Positions 37,858 through 52,594 of a stretch of 64,000 nucleotides of DNA are shown here, piece after piece. A model generated the notes under the pieces. That model did not search any database. It worked only from the letters and a program-made list of their open reading frames with translations, and was not told the DNA's origin. Within the stretch, counting starts at the first letter, position 1. Each line of letters opens with the position of its first letter. The stretch is from assembly GCA_965644295.1 (NCBI GenBank), contig CBFFRP010000182.1, positions 124,001-188,000 of the forward strand, in the 5' to 3' direction. This stretch comes from Paraphysomonas bandaiensis. Lineage: Eukaryota; Protista; Chrysophyceae. The position numbers and the translations under genes were made by a program.

Positions 37858-38668
37858 CTATTGAATGAATAAGTTAGTTATGAGTTGAGTAGGACTGTGT
37901 ATGATAGTTATGATGTGTGTCGTATCTCATCTATATGAAATCCCTCATATGATATCTAGGTATATATATCGTCATTTTGACATGTGTATGTTTGGACTTC
38001 GAAGTCGAAGTTACGTGTGAAGTTTTTGTTTCGATCGAACTCCACTTGATTTCTATTGTGAATATATATGAAATACAGTGGAATACGGAGAGTACTGTTG
38101 AACTTTTGTATAGGTTAGAGAGATAAATACTGTAGAATACCGAATACTATGCATATGGTATGGAATGTTGGGTGAAAAAAAAGGGAAGGCATGTGTACTG
38201 GTGTACTGCTGCTGGATAAGAACTGTACAGCTCAATACATGTACTGGAGTATACATGTACTGGAGTATACATGTACTGTACTACATCTGTCATTCTAAGA
38301 ATACATGTACTGCAAGATCCATGTACTATTGCATTTATATTGAACATAGATATAAGTACTACACTTCTTTCTCTACATACACCTGTATGAATGTATGTAG
38401 TTTGAAGTTCTGTCATGTATAGTACATACATACATACATACATACATAGAAGTATGTTGATGTCTCTCTATATATTCGATGCTTCGATTTCATAGTCTCC
38501 ACCTTAACATTCCTATCAGATGATACAATAATAAAATAGAGGTAAGAAGCATATCTGATACAGTGCATTGATAAGACTTCATGAAATCAACCCTCATAAG
38601 CCTTTGAATAGTCTTCATAGTCAATATATAGATAATCCTGTTGATAAGTACATACTATATAGATAACA

Positions 38669-41622
38669 ATGAATAACAGTCATATATATGAGTTACAAGA
38701 GATTAATCATTGTCATTTACATGATTTTCCTTATCATCAAACCCCATATGAAGGATCTGATAGTGAAGAGCACTCAGAGACCACTACTAACGACATCAGT
38801 AATGAGGGATACAGTTATTACAACCCTCATACACATACTATGTGCCCAGTTGCTAATAATCAAAGATATCATGATTATATGGATGATATAAACAATAATG
38901 GGGATCGGGATGCATCATCTGGAATTCATGTTGTGCCTTGTCATTCGGGATATTCTCCTCCTAATGAAATTGATTCAGTGATAGTTGACTCGGAGAGTGT
39001 TTTGGTATACCCTGAAAATGCTGCACTACCACAGTCTCAAGTGAGACATGAGTTAGTGGCAATTCGTGAAATATTTCCTGGTGAAACAGACACTGTGTTG
39101 ATAGAGTGCTTGGAGGCGAATGACTGGAATCTGGATGCCGCTGTTCTAAAGTTATTAGACCAGCAGCAATCCTCTACTGTTGCACTACAACCGCAGGAGG
39201 GGACAGAAATTAGGCATGATATGTCTCAAGCCTCTGCTAACTCTGGCGCATCACGACCTGGGCATTTGAAGCGCCATTTGAAGAACTATCGCCCGCAAGA
39301 GTTGTCTCGAACCAACTCCCCACAACGGCGACACAATTCTCGTCGGGTAGCATCATTCACGACTCTACCAGATGATTTCATATCCGTGCCCCGTGTACGT
39401 ACAGTAATTCACTCTCCATTTCCCTTACGCAAAGCAAACAGTATTGATTTCACTGTGCACTTCAACCGCACCGGTGCATCGCTCGACCTCAACGTTAAAA
39501 CTCAGGGTGGCAATATTGTGGTCAATGCGCTGCATACTTCGTCATCAGGGGGGCCAGGGCTCTCTCAGCAAGCAGGAGTACAAATTGGGGATGTGCTATA
39601 CGGTATAAACTTTGAGTACTTTAACGCCGGTGTTACACTATCCGACGTGACTAAGGTGGTGGCAGCTGCCGGGCCCTTTCTCTGCCTCCACTTTATTCGT
39701 TTCATGGATACGTCCACAATACCTTGCACTGACGGAAGCACACCGCAGCATGTCGTCTCTCTACGTAAAATTCATCCCTGTGCTTTAATGCTACTTGATC
39801 AAGAGGTGTTGGAAGTTGATGACATGGAGTCTTTTTGTGAGTCTCTGAGTAGATTGAAGGCGCGAACTATGGATTGGTGTACAGGAACTATTACAGAACG
39901 GCGGAGGATTAGAGACTTAGCGGTTGCTATGCAATACGAGGGATTCGGGACGACAAATGGGACAGGGACGAGAGATGACTCTATGATTTGGCTTGGGTCT
40001 CATAGCAGTAGAAGCAGTACTGACTCTTCTGAGAAGATCCGAAAGAAGCGCTGGTCTGTCACGACAGGCTCGTCCACTCCAGCACCATCCCCTGTTAACC
40101 CGTGCATTGGGGATGCTTGTGATGTGAGGCAGAACTGGTACAAAGAGGTTACTATGAGTACGCGAGATATTCAACCAGCCGTATCCATTCGTATTACGGG
40201 AACCAAAGTAATTGAAGATCACACGGAGTATGTAATATGGGTACAAGATGTTGCTACGGGCCTACAGTGGTATACGAGAAGGCGATTTCGTGAGTTTTAT
40301 AGGCTTCGAGAGGTGAGTAATTACTATACCATTTTTATCGAGTGTGTGCCTAAAATATCTTGTAGACCCTGATATCTTTGTGGGGGGCATTTGAATCACT
40401 TCCCTTTCCCGCCCGACGGCTTTCTGTGGGGCGCACCGACCCATCAGGCTCCCTTGTTTCAGAACGCCGCCCTGTGCTAGAGACATTCCTTCGATCAGCT
40501 TACCAGATTTTGGTTTCCGAAAACCTAGTTCACCCCGCAACGAGAAAATTATTCTTGCTTATATATCACTTTGTGGATGTGCCTTATTACATGCCCTCAA
40601 TATCAGCTCTATATGCACAACAGAAGAAACTACATGATGCACACATTAGCCGGCTTCTCGAAGATCACACATACGTTGGAACCTCTCATTGCGATGACGA
40701 GGACGATACACTGGACTTGGTAAACGATCCTTTCATTCATGTGCGCCGCTGGGCGGAGGTCTACATTCACTCTGTACTACAGCTACCGGTCTTCCGAAAG
40801 ATCGTTGGAAGATTTGTTCGCAACTATATTAGAAATAGTAGACTTGATAGTTCGAAACCTTGGAGTGAGGATGAGGCTGTGGAGAATGTGAAGTCTTTGG
40901 GTGAGTTTATTGACAATCTACAGGACGTTTTGTCTACGGGCATGCGTGCAGATATCGCTGAAGTAATCGAACACTTTGTGCACGGTAACACTCGTGGTAG
41001 ATACGTAGACCAGCCCAGACAGATTCAGGAAGTCGATATTGAGGACGATATGCCATACGTGAACGCGATACTGAAGCTGGATCGGGTAAATAGCATAGCT
41101 CGGGTAGCAGTTAGACGACAAATAGAGACGGAGGTGTATGTACCCTGTGTGAATGCTGCGAGAGCTGTTCTGGCTGAGGGTTTTGCGAGAAGAGATAGCC
41201 AACTGGCCGCTAAATGCAGATATCTGAAACATCAACCGCAGTCTTTTTTCGGTATACCATTAAACCACATTTCACCCTCGAGCTGGGAGGAGGTGATACA
41301 TGCATTCGACAGAATACCGAATATGACGATTCCATTTGATAAGCTGCAGTTACTTGTAGCAGCTGCCAAGCAGATCCCTGAGTGCTACCGCGAAGAACAC
41401 CCAGATGCCTCCCGGTCCCTTGGAGCAGATGATATGCTCCCAATATTTATATACTGTCTGGCTATGTCGAATATTAGCCAACTATCTGTCCTCTCCAAAG
41501 AGCTAGAGAACGTATGTGACTCGGAATGCAGAGTTTCTGAGATAGGATACTATACCGCAACACTTGAGGCATCATTACAGCATATACTAGACATGAATGA
41601 AGTTGACGGCGATTTTAATTAA
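38669..41622 (+). CDS. CUE-PDZ-PX-VPS9 domain protein (putative Rab5 GEF), 2 exons
   Basis: CUE-like EIFP...LEANDWNLDAAVLKLL; PDZ-like AGVQIGDVLYGIN; PX RRRFREFYRLRE...FPARR; VPS9 GADDMLPIFIY...GYYTATLEA. Confidence 0.85.
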
Positions 41623-42315
41623 AACTGTTGGTGTTAGATAGGTCTGAAAAGCGTTCAAGTTTTGTAAATACTGTTATTTTACAGTGTTCCTTTTTATATT
41701 ATGAATTCGCTATGATATTTGTTATCTAAGATGCGCTAATAATTTTCTGTACTCTAGCACTTTCCCTCTACAGTATTATAAAGTATGTATGGTGATCAGG
41801 AATCAGGACTGCGTAGCAATTACTTGATTGCAATTAATCGGCAATACATGAATTACGAACCCTTTACGCTTTACAATCGATATGAATGGGCATCCAGGTA
41901 TTCATGCAGTTTTACAAACTGGTATGACATAATCGTGAATTCTTTTTTTTTGCAATTGTGTGAGATATGGAGATGTTTCCTCTACTACAGGTAATCTTGT
42001 ACTATGGCGGTTTAATGATTGCTCATAATATGTATATAACTGTAGGGTATTGTCTTCGTAATTGCTACTATTCTAGAATAGAGATTATCGTTTGTGTTTT
42101 TGTGTAAAGCTGTGTACTATATATTTACACTGGTAACAGGTATCAGAGCAGAGAGATCCGACTCTTTCTTATCACAGAACTCTAACACGTAGTACACTAT
42201 ACTAATATATATCCTGCATTGTGAAGGATGGAACAGTAAAAATACTTCGACGTAGCACAAAGTGGTGGTCAAATGAGAATAATATTAATAATACAATAAA
42301 TTCTCACAATACCTA

Positions 42316-43907
42316 TTAAGCTGCAGAAATGACAGGCTTTCCTGTAACAGGATCGTCATCGACCCACCATGATGGTCTAAATAGACGAATCTTATGACTC
42401 GAATTGTCCATATCGCTACGAGTAACTATCTCCGGGACTTCGCTGGTATCAGATTGCGGAATTAGAGATCGCAATTTTACCACTGCAAGTCCCAACGGAG
42501 AGTCTAATAAAAAATAAAATTAGCATATTAAATTCTATAATCAGGTAGTACACGACCACATACATTCTCCTGAGCACAACACATGGCCTATTTCCTCTCC
42601 ACTATCGGATATGCATATCTTATGTCCAGTCAGGTCAGCCACAGGACACTTGGATTGAGGACTATTCAATGCTTCCAGCTCTTCCTCATTGAGTGGGGAA
42701 AACAGGGCCTCTGGAGGTGCTGAGGGATTGAGAAGGAAAGGAATGACACGCTTTCTTACAACTCCCTGTGTAAACCATTACGTGGTCATGTGTATGAAAA
42801 AGCCAATAGAGGATTGTGTAACACAGGTTATTAAGCGCCGAACTAGCAACCATCACAGCACAACGCAAATGCTAAATAACAATGTAGAGATCATAATTAC
42901 CTTATATTTAGTTCTTGCAGTTAGCTCTTGTCCGAGATAGCAGCCCTTCTTGAAACTAATAGCATTTAGTAGGTCAAGGTTGCATTCAAGAGGAATGCGT
43001 CCCTCGATTTCTGACCCCTCCGCCAAGCCATGCTGCAACCTATACATCTCATACGCCTTCAGATCCTGATGTGCGTCATGCTCTTTACTCTCTTCAGGCT
43101 CTCCTAAGAAGTACATATGCATATAAGTTATACAATATAAGTCGTAGAAGTCATATGATATAGTATCTATACATGTCATATATATGCTATGTTATATATA
43201 CATGTTATATATACATGTTATGTTATACATATTACGTATGTTATGTGTGTGTGTGTTATGTATGTATGTTTACAGAGAGGATGTGCACTCACTCTTCTCC
43301 GTATCAGTATCCTGTTCAAAGAGCAGACGTGTCCCAAGACCCTTCGCACGTGGATCTTCAGCCATAACAACAGCAGATGGATATTCATTCTCCATTTCAT
43401 GTTGATTAGCAGTGTGTATATATGTCTAGTAACGTAACTGTATTATCATACATATACAAGAGTCTACATAGATCACCTGATAATATTTTAATTCAAACTT
43501 TACTTTCGATCGTAATTTATAGAGGGATAGCATTTGTTTAATGGTTTTCATATGTGTATCATGTATCTCAAGTAATACACGATCCTTTATAGTTATATAT
43601 ATATATTAATGTATAGAAAGAGACGTATGATGATAGATATACGTACCTCTTCACATGTATTTGTAGATAGTAAATACATAAATACATCCCCTACAATACG
43701 ACCTTTAGGGTTTAATACAGCACATGATATAGCTGGTTGCTGTGTAGTTAGTGTGTCTATATCGTTAGTAACAAGACCCTGTAAAAACTTTTTTGTATCT
43801 GGACCCTTCACTTCGATGAAGTGACGATAGAATACAGGTATCAAACTGTAGTATCGTGAGTTCCTTAGTTGAGATATACCATACGGGATCTTAGAGAGGT
43901 AAATCAT
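42316..43907 (-). CDS. IBA57: IBA57/CAF17 (YgfZ family) Fe-S assembly factor, multi-exon
   Basis: KGPDTKKFLQGLVTND, LNPKGR, DPRAKGLG and the signature KGCYLGQELTAR. Confidence 0.93.
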
Positions 43908-44020
43908 AGTTGATATATGGAGTATTTGGAGTACTGTGAAGTGTGAGGAAGAATGAATTTAGAAGTATGCTACACAGAACACACCATTCCATACCAATCT
44001 ACACACTGTACATGTGTATA

Positions 44021-44109
44021 CGTACATACATACATACATACATACATACATACATACATACATACGTACATACATACATACATACATACATACATACATA
44101 CATACATAC
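44021..44109. repeat. (ATAC)n microsatellite between divergent genes
   Basis: Read directly from the sequence. Confidence 0.95.
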
Positions 44110-44298
44110 CGTATTCTGTGGTGTATACTGTGTCTGTGCATTCTGTTATTCGTCACTCTCAAGCATGTATGTATTGTTTATATTCTCATCTTGTTGTTGT
44201 GATACATACATTATCACACCACACTCACATTCCAGTCTAATTCACTTACTCTCCCGAGTAAGTTATACTTTCACTTCGTTTTCACTTACTTCTATATA

Positions 44299-45913
44299 AT
44301 GTCATTGAAATTTTTATCCAAGAAAAGTTGGCATACAACTAATTTAGATAACGTTGAGAAAGTCTGGTTAGCTGAACAAAATGCTGAAAAAGAGAAGAAA
44401 AAGGTGGATTTTAATGTTTTTATATATAATATTAAACACATTTAATAGAGTTTTTTATATTATAGTTATTAGAATTACAAAAACAAATTAATGAAGAAAG
44501 ACAAATACAAGAATTACGTGAATTACAAGTTGCAAGTGGTCAAACTGTAAAAACTGTGGATACGACATTAGATTGGATGTATGAAGGACCTGCAGCACAA
44601 TCAGAACAAACAACTGAAGAATATCTATTGGGTAAAATCTATAAACCGAAAGGAGGGGTAGCGGATGAAGTTAAGGAAGTGGGTAAGTAGATACATACCA
44701 CTTACTGTAGTTGGTGTATTCTTACTCTACCATATATGTGTATATATGTCTGTGTATGTATATATGTGTGTATATATGTCTGTGTATGTATGTATGTATG
44801 TGTGTATATATGTCTGTGTATGTATGCATGTGTGTATATATGTCTGTGTATATACTTATATATGTATATATAGCACAGAAACCAGGATCACTATGGATGA
44901 ATAAAATCTCATCAAAGAACGATACGTTTACTCGATTACATGAAGATCCAATGCTTGTAATTAAAAAAAACGAGAAGGAGGTATGTCTAAATATCTCTGT
45001 ATATATATGTATTAACTCATTTGTTTAGGCACGAGAGAAGGTTATTAATAATCCTGTTAAGATGGCACGTATACGACATCAATTAGCTGCTGATTTAGAA
45101 GCCAAAAATGAAAAAAAACGTTTAAAAAAAGAACGTAAGAAAGAAATGAAGAAGGATAAAAAAACACAACGTGATAGTCGTGATCGGGATAATCGACGTG
45201 GTGGTAGTAGAAGTAGAGAACGAAGAAGGAGTCGTAGTCGGGATAGAAGAAGACATAGTCCTATCAGAGATAGGAGAAGCAGAAGTCCTATCAGAGAGCG
45301 TAATGGTAGTCCGGATCGACGTGATTACCGCCGTAGAAGACGAGACGTTAGTTCCAGCAGGAGTCGCAGTTCTAGCGAGGGTCGCAAGCGGTCAAGGCGA
45401 GATGATCACCAGGATCGCCGTGAAAGTGGGTCGGGTAAACGGGAAGGATATGGCCTTATTCGCACAGGCGGTAACACTGAAACAAGTTCGACTACACGTG
45501 AGCGCAAGGACCATTTAGGACCGCGTCTCGATCTTTTGGCTAAAAAGACGCAGAGGGAAGCAGAAGAAGAGGAGGAGCGTCGCCGCCGCATCGAGAAGGC
45601 AAAGGGGGGAGTTGGGCAGAGTCGTAATATGGATGCTGCAGAAAGAGAAAAGCGCCTCAAGGAGATGATGCAGGACGCTGCAGTAAATGATGATATCCGT
45701 GCCACTCGCCATCGCAGACCGGCTACTACGTCCAAGACGGAGGACGAGCCCAAAGAGGGAGGAAGTAAAGGTGGATTTCTTCAAGCGATGCGTACAGAGG
45801 TATATAACTCAGAAAGTGGTGGAGGAACTACTATGGAGGAAAGACTTAGTAGGAATAGGCACTACCATCAAAAAGGGAGTGATCTGGATAGCCACGGGTT
45901 TATGAAGCGCTAG
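44299..45913 (+). CDS. CWC25: Pre-mRNA splicing factor CWC25, multi-exon
   Basis: MSLKFLSKKSWHTTNLDNVEKVWLAEQ; LDWMYEGP...EEYLLGK; HEDPML; RS-rich tail. Confidence 0.92.
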
Positions 45914-46116
45914 ACAATTAGATTAAGTCATCGAGTAAGATGAATGATAATGTATGTGACGATGAATCGTTAGACATATGGAAATCTTAAGTATCTATTA
46001 ACTTCATATAGTACATTAAATCCGTATGTGGATGAAAAACAAATTGTCGACAACGTGACATCCCCTATTACTATTCACACTTAGTACCCTACATAAGACT
46101 TAGTAACACTTACTTC

Positions 46117-46919
46117 CAGGGCTAGGAAATATTATATTGAATTGCAATACATTGTACAAAATATTGTAAAATATATTGATTGGTCGACCAGCCAAAAATC
46201 CCATCAATATTGTTTCTGTTAAAGTAGCTCACAATACTATTGCGATATATTGCAATCAATATTAATATTATGATAGTCATATAAGAGAAGATTCTCAACT
46301 GTAGGGTGCAAAATGGATATAAATAACCGAGAAATTGATTACAACATTACAGAGGATGATGAAGCTGATGTTGACTATGCGACTAAAAATCTTCAGTCAG
46401 CTCAAAAAATTAAAAAACGTACAGATCCACGAGTCATTAACGGTTGCCTGGCCCTGGTATGTACTTCCAATACATGGGAACGTCTGTTCAGCACAGCTAA
46501 ACATATTATATCAGTGTTGCGCAAAAGTATCCATCCTACTTAAGATGCTGTTGTTTCTGAAAGCTATTCGACAGTTATGGCCGGATACTAGCATATTTCA
46601 ATTAATTCTGTGGATGAATATGGTGATGTTGACGCCACCGATGATGGTTCAGAGAATGATGACGAGGTGGATTTTTAGTAGCTATAAACAGCAGTTGGTT
46701 TGGTTGTCATGTGATCTTGATGACTAATACTTAAAATGGAATCTACGGATGTGTTTACTTACTGATTAGTCATGCATATATATTGCAATACATTGACAAT
46801 ATATTGCAATACATTGACAATATATTGCAATATATTGTAATTGTATTGTTGGGCCTGTTTTATTGATGGAACGCTGCCTCTCTAACAATAGTATTGCAAT
46901 ATATTGTTTCCTAGCCCTG
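46117..46919 (+). mobile_element. Non-autonomous hAT element (803 bp) with an 8-bp TSD
   Basis: TIR cagggctaggaaa / tttcctagccctg; TSD CTTACTTC at 46109-46116 and 46920-46927; ATATTGCAAT subterminal repeats; hATC remnant TSNTWERLFSTAK. Confidence 0.95.
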
Positions 46920-47875
46920 CTTACTTCTACTTCTATTCACACTTCATTATAATACTATTCTCAACTACTATCATATCCTACAGGTAACTATCATACTTCT
47001 ATAGCTAGCACAACAACTGACAATGTGAGATATAGCATATCTACTTTATCGGTACTTATATGCATAGATATAGGACATTATCAAGCTGTATAGTAGCGAT
47101 TTAGGTAGGAAGTATAGATTTTTGAAGAGGTCCCACCTATAGGTGGTGTCGATTCGAATATCTGTTGGGTTCGGATTTTAGTGAAACAATAATTATAAAA
47201 TTTAAGAAAGAAGAACGGAACTGAGTAATGAAATATGCACTCTATATAACGGGATATATTATTCAATCTCGTCATAAATAGTATATGTCTCGTCATATTT
47301 TGATTACAACTTATTTACAACAATGATGAGGCAGAGTTGATGTTCATGATACCGACCTCGTCAAAATCAAAGTATATGCAATTATTGGAGGGGTATTGTA
47401 ATATAAGATGAGAGATAATACAGGAGTAATAGAGGATTAGAGGGTATATGAATGTCAAGCACTGAGTGTCATACAGAGAGGTACATAGTGTGTATTAGAG
47501 GGGTAGGAGTGATCTATTGCAATAGTATTGTTAGTTAAGTGGTATCAATACAATTGAAATAGATGTTTAGAACCCTGAAATATATATACAAGTGTATGAA
47601 TATGGTAACATATAGACATATAGCTATACAAACAAGAAGGAGTGTGTGTACTATTAAAGTTAAAGATACATATATACACACAGGCTGCATGGAGGAATAT
47701 GGACAGAGTATGTACTGCTGTTGTATACAGACACAAAAACCATAGTTTTTTTAATCGAAACTAAAAAATAACTGAAATTATGACACTATCTCCCACTTTT
47801 CTATCCGTTTATCTCTATACAAAAGTACGTCGTCGTTTAGTATACATAAATATCAGTAACAGACACTTCTCTCTA

Positions 47876-48010
47876 TCGTATTTTTCGGAAATAAATTGAA
47901 GCAAAATACTTCTATATTACTAATATACAACTACGGCTGGAATACAGATAATTATTATCTCAATATACGAGGCATCTTGGAACAAAAATATACAAAGGAT
48001 GCCGATACGA
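47876..48010 (+). repeat. Solo fragment of the MULE subterminal sequence, an empty-site paralog of the bacterial insertion point
   Basis: First part matches 5575-5615 and the rest matches 11162-11255. Confidence 0.85.
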
Positions 48011-48185
48011 TATATATATACACTACTGCTTGACTGTTCCTTTAAGACACTCACTCTATCAGATAACATCATAAACATGAACAGATATATAATCACTGTA
48101 TACTGTATATAGATTAATTATCAGTAACCGTTACTTGTTATTCATATATACATATATCAGTTGCTCGTTATATACATACATACAT

Positions 48186-49884
48186 ATGGCGTCTATGAAT
48201 ATAATCCGAGGAACAAGAAACACAACCACAAGAACAATAGCTGAAGGAACCCGTCCCCCTCAGGGTTATTCATCTTTTCGAAATGATTTCATACATACAA
48301 TTGATGCAGCTGCATTACAGAGTGATATAGCACAGAGATACAGTCTTCCAGGAAGTCGATTAGCTATACAGGTATACATACATACCTACATATACTTATA
48401 TATGTATATAATCAATTATATAAATGAAATTTATAGAAACAAAAAAAATCTCGAATTTCAAGTAAAACTTCTGTAAAAAAGGCTATGAAAGCGTGTAGTA
48501 GTTGTCATCAGAATAATCCTGCGACTAATGCTGTGTGTGAGCATTGTGGTTACTTTATGAATGGGGCACCCACTGCACCTATTTCTCTTGCACAACATCG
48601 AGGATTAGTGAAATCAACTGAAGAAAAGATACCTACATTATCACTTTCGGAGTGGAAAGATATAGAGGATAGCTTAGCACTACGCCTTGATGCTCATTGT
48701 CCGATTTGTATGGATGGATTCAACCGAGGAAGCGAGGTCTTGCTTAGCTGTAGTCATATGTTTCACAGGTTTGGGATCTACCAGTTGTGTGCGTTTAGCC
48801 TTGATGTGTATGACTTAGGACATGCCTTCAATCCTTTGAGAAGTTTATGAAGACCTCAGAGAGGTGCTGTCCGATATGCAGGTATGCTTTCATAGCTTGT
48901 ATATCTTGTTCTGATCAGATGCTACAGAACGGCAAACTATCAAAAGAAGATAACACACGTAGGTACGACTGCTTACGAGAGGCTCTGTGCTATTACTATT
49001 CAGAAGAATTGGCGTGGGCATTGGTACTGTTTTCCCTGTATCTTTACTCCTCCTTTTCTTTACCATATTCGCCCAGGTGTCGTAGTGTCAACTACCGCAC
49101 ACTTAGAGACTTTTACAAACGAATACGGAGTAATACTGGTTCGTTGTTCAAGAAGAATTTTTTTCAGAAAGAGCTTTCGAACTATACAAACAAACTTGCC
49201 AAGGAGGTAGTTTTCTGTACATTTATGTGTCTATGACATGGGTGTACACAGATGGAGTGATATTTGCCGCTTCACTTATTAACCAATATATTATTTATAG
49301 GCAAAGGATATTGACGGAGAGGTGCGTACTATGTTCGATTCTATGGATCAAACGATGGCAGCAAACCGTCAATTGGATCTTGAGTTTGAGCTGATGATGA
49401 TGGAGCGGCGAAACTACAGCGAATTGTTTAACAACAGAGAAGAACGGGATGGTACTGTCGATCATAGTCACCTGGATTCTGGATGTCATGACCTGAAGGC
49501 TGAAGGGAAGTCTGAACTCACGGTTAGCGAGTGGCAAGGTATACAGGGATTGTGATGTAGAGATTGAGTGGTAACAGATATGTGTGTGCTTTTACTAGAC
49601 GTGCTGAGAAAGTCACGGGCAAGAGGAGATGACGTTGTGGAGTGCGCGATATGCATGAGTGAGATACACAAAGGGAACCGTCGAGTTGTACTTCTGAGTT
49701 GCTCCCATTTGTACCACCAGAGATGTATTATGACCTTAGAGAACTTCGTGAAGTCAGATACGGTAAGGAGTTGCTCACTTTTTCACCACATTTAATACTG
49801 CTTTAGGAGAATACGTGCCCAATGTGTAGATGTCCTTATGAGAAGAGACTACTCTCCAGGTGTTTACAGACGTTTGATAGGTAG
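48186..49884 (+). CDS. RNF32-like double RING-H2 protein with an IQ motif and an N-terminal Zn finger, multi-exon
   Basis: PISLAQHRGLV...LSLSEW; CPIC...LLSCSHMFH...CPICR; IQKNWRG; second RING CAIC...LLSCSHLYHQRC...CPMCR. Confidence 0.85.
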
Positions 49885-50391
49885 TGAACTGGGCGTTACA
49901 TGTGCCCGTTTTGTGAATATTGTAACAATTAATATATTTGGCATCCGTGATAAGTGATAATATATTATTTACTCTTCAGCTGTTGTAGTCGGAGTGAAGT
50001 GTAGTAGGTAGTAGTTACGATACGATAGTATACAGTATACTGTCTTGTATGGCTGATTAGAGTTATGTCTAATGTCTAGAGCTGTACACTATACACAAGT
50101 AGTTTAATTCTATTTTGAGTCTATGCTGTATGCCAAGTGTAAAGTTATACTGATACTAGTCCCTGTTACATCTCTTTATATTTGCATGTGAGTTCACATT
50201 TGACGCAATAAGAATAAGTATTCCTCTTTATTCGTGTTATATAATTACCGGCAGGACTATCAATCACATTGCTGACGTAGTTGTTTTGGCATAATTGACT
50301 GCAAAATAATCGACCAGAGATAATATAACCTAGATGATAAATCTTTATTACAACTGTGACAGATGTATAAACAACAATTAAGATATCACAA

Positions 50392-50742
50392 TTACTTTCT
50401 TCTAGTAGACGGCATTGGATCCTTTTCTAAATCAACTACCCAATCATTACTCTTCATATCTAGATCACAGTATTTGCGTAGATGGGATATCCCCAGAATA
50501 GCTTTCTCCTTTGCATGTTCCAATTCTTCAGATTCTTTTAAATTTCTATTTTCACGGAATTCAATTTTAATTTGTTTAATCACTTTATCTCTTTTAATAC
50601 TTGGATATACAGCAGCATATCTGAGTATATGACGATAGATATGGAGGATATTAATATCTTTACGTACTGTACAGAGAGATCGTTGATAAGTACGTATTAA
50701 TGGTGTTTTACTTAGTTTAAATATATAGGTATTGAGTTTCAT
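50392..50742 (-). CDS. Mitochondrial LYR-motif protein
   Basis: ILHIYRHILRYAAVYPS...IKIEFRENRNL; targeting-like N-terminus. Confidence 0.8.
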   Translation of the reverse strand: MKLNTYIFKLSKTPLIRTYQRSLCTVRKDINILHIYRHILRYAAVYPSIKRDKVIKQIKIEFRENRNLKESEELEHAKEKAILGISHLRKYCDLDMKSNDWVVDLEKDPMPSTRRK

Positions 50743-51464
50743 AGTTAGTATGTGATGTTATATGGTTTAATGTGTGTGAGGATTGATATGTATGAGAGGT
50801 AGATATATATGTATATATATATATGTATATATACACCAGAATGTATGTACTGTACTGCGTGTATATGGTACTGCTGACCACAATGTATATTTAGTACTGT
50901 ATATATGTACAGAGTACACTCTACAGAGAACTGCTGTATTTGTAATCATAAAATATACCTTTTTTTACACAAAATATATTAAAATCAACTATTTTAACAA
51001 AAACATGCTCTATATACACAGAGAATGTAGGAATTCCTACTATATTTTCACACTGACGTAAATCACCATATCCCAAAAAAATCATTTTTCTAGAAACTTG
51101 AAAGCATACCTTTTGTGTACCATACTACAACAAAAACATACTATTTCTAGAAAACCCCTCTTCACTCGAAACTGAAAATGTCGTTTGAAGATGCCACGAA
51201 ACTATCGGTATTTGTAGTGGTATATTCGAACTGCATAAGTTGTGGCATATACAGCACATGAATTCTGTGTTGTTACACTATAGTTTATCAATACATATAT
51301 TTGGAGGTGTGGTATCACTCATCCCTACGTGGTGTTGCAAGCCTCTGCATATTTCTTGCATTGCTGTGCTAACTTTGGAATTGGAACAGTGTCTTTTGCA
51401 TTGCTTATCGCTTGCATTTATATCTCATATAACACAATTTCCTTACCAATAAGAGTAAAGCATA

Positions 51465-52030
51465 ATGTCGTTTGTTTCTTCACGTAGATTCATTCGATTG
51501 GCGAGTGTATCTGTTCGTAATGCAGCATCTTTTGCTAAACATAACCATGCTGGTGCGAATGCCCCATATATACAGCACTATAGAAACACATGGCCTGAGA
51601 CTGTTAACACTCTACCACGGCATGTACCAGAGCCTGAGCTTCCACCGAGAACTGTCCCTGACAGTGTTTTACGGTTTGAACTCACTGGCAGATTTGATAC
51701 AGGAGCATCAATATTTTATCCTCATATGAACAGTCACCCAGCTGATTTTAAAGTTGCTCTAAAAGTAATAACGGATATGTGCAGTATCTGTCCAATTCTA
51801 ATATTTTTATGTAGGTTTCCATACAAGACCTCAACCTTAATCCTGAGGAACTTAAAGTTTTCCTTCGTATGGTGGGGCCCCGTTATAATCACCACAGACG
51901 GGAGGTCAGAATAGTTTGTAAACAATTTCCCAACCGCATTGAGAACAAGAGGTTTGCGGTTCTAACTCTAGAAAAGTTGTTGAAGGAAGCCCGAAACATC
52001 GCAGCGACCTGCATAGAGTACGAAGAGTAA
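51465..52030 (+). CDS. Mitochondrial ribosomal protein mS35 (MRPS35/Rsm24-like), 2 exons
   Basis: HPADFKVALK|VSIQDLNLNPEELKVFLRMVGPRYN...IVCKQFPNRIENKR; mitochondrial-type presequence. Confidence 0.8.
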
Positions 52031-52594
52031 GTGTACAGCATATACCACCTGTAGAAATCAGCAACGCTTTCAATAGCACCTCGGCTGTTATGTGTACACA
52101 AACGTTGCTTTAGCTATTTTGATATCCTTTTCTTGAGATGTGAGAGAGTGTTGGCGCGTTGGTGTTCAGCAGTTAGCACTTGTGCTTTGCAGACGTAAAG
52201 CGCCAATGTAATGTCGTGTGAATGTTATATAAGACCACGACCTGCAATATGATGCTTCTTTTTTATTGTATGGTGCACGAGGTAGTCGTACTGTGATAAT
52301 AATAGCATGAAAATCACAAGAAATGAATTATAATTTCTTCTGTACTTACAAGCGAGATAGCAATTTGAACAGAGTACAACAGGAATGTACACACGGTTGG
52401 TAAAGTAGGAAATCTAACTCTTCAAATACTTGGAAAGTAAGCAAGGTCCTAAGTTAAGTAGTAAAGGAAGGGAATAAGGAGACCACGTAGATTGTTTAAA
52501 CGTTTTTTATATACTTTATTCAACTAAGAAAGTTTGAATTACTACTATGCAACTATATGACAGGCATTTATTATACGGAGTGGATATATATTTA

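Noticed and set aside
23101-45913. CWC27 and CWC25 as a splicing gene cluster
   Set aside because: They are about 19 kb apart with unrelated genes between them; chance is sufficient
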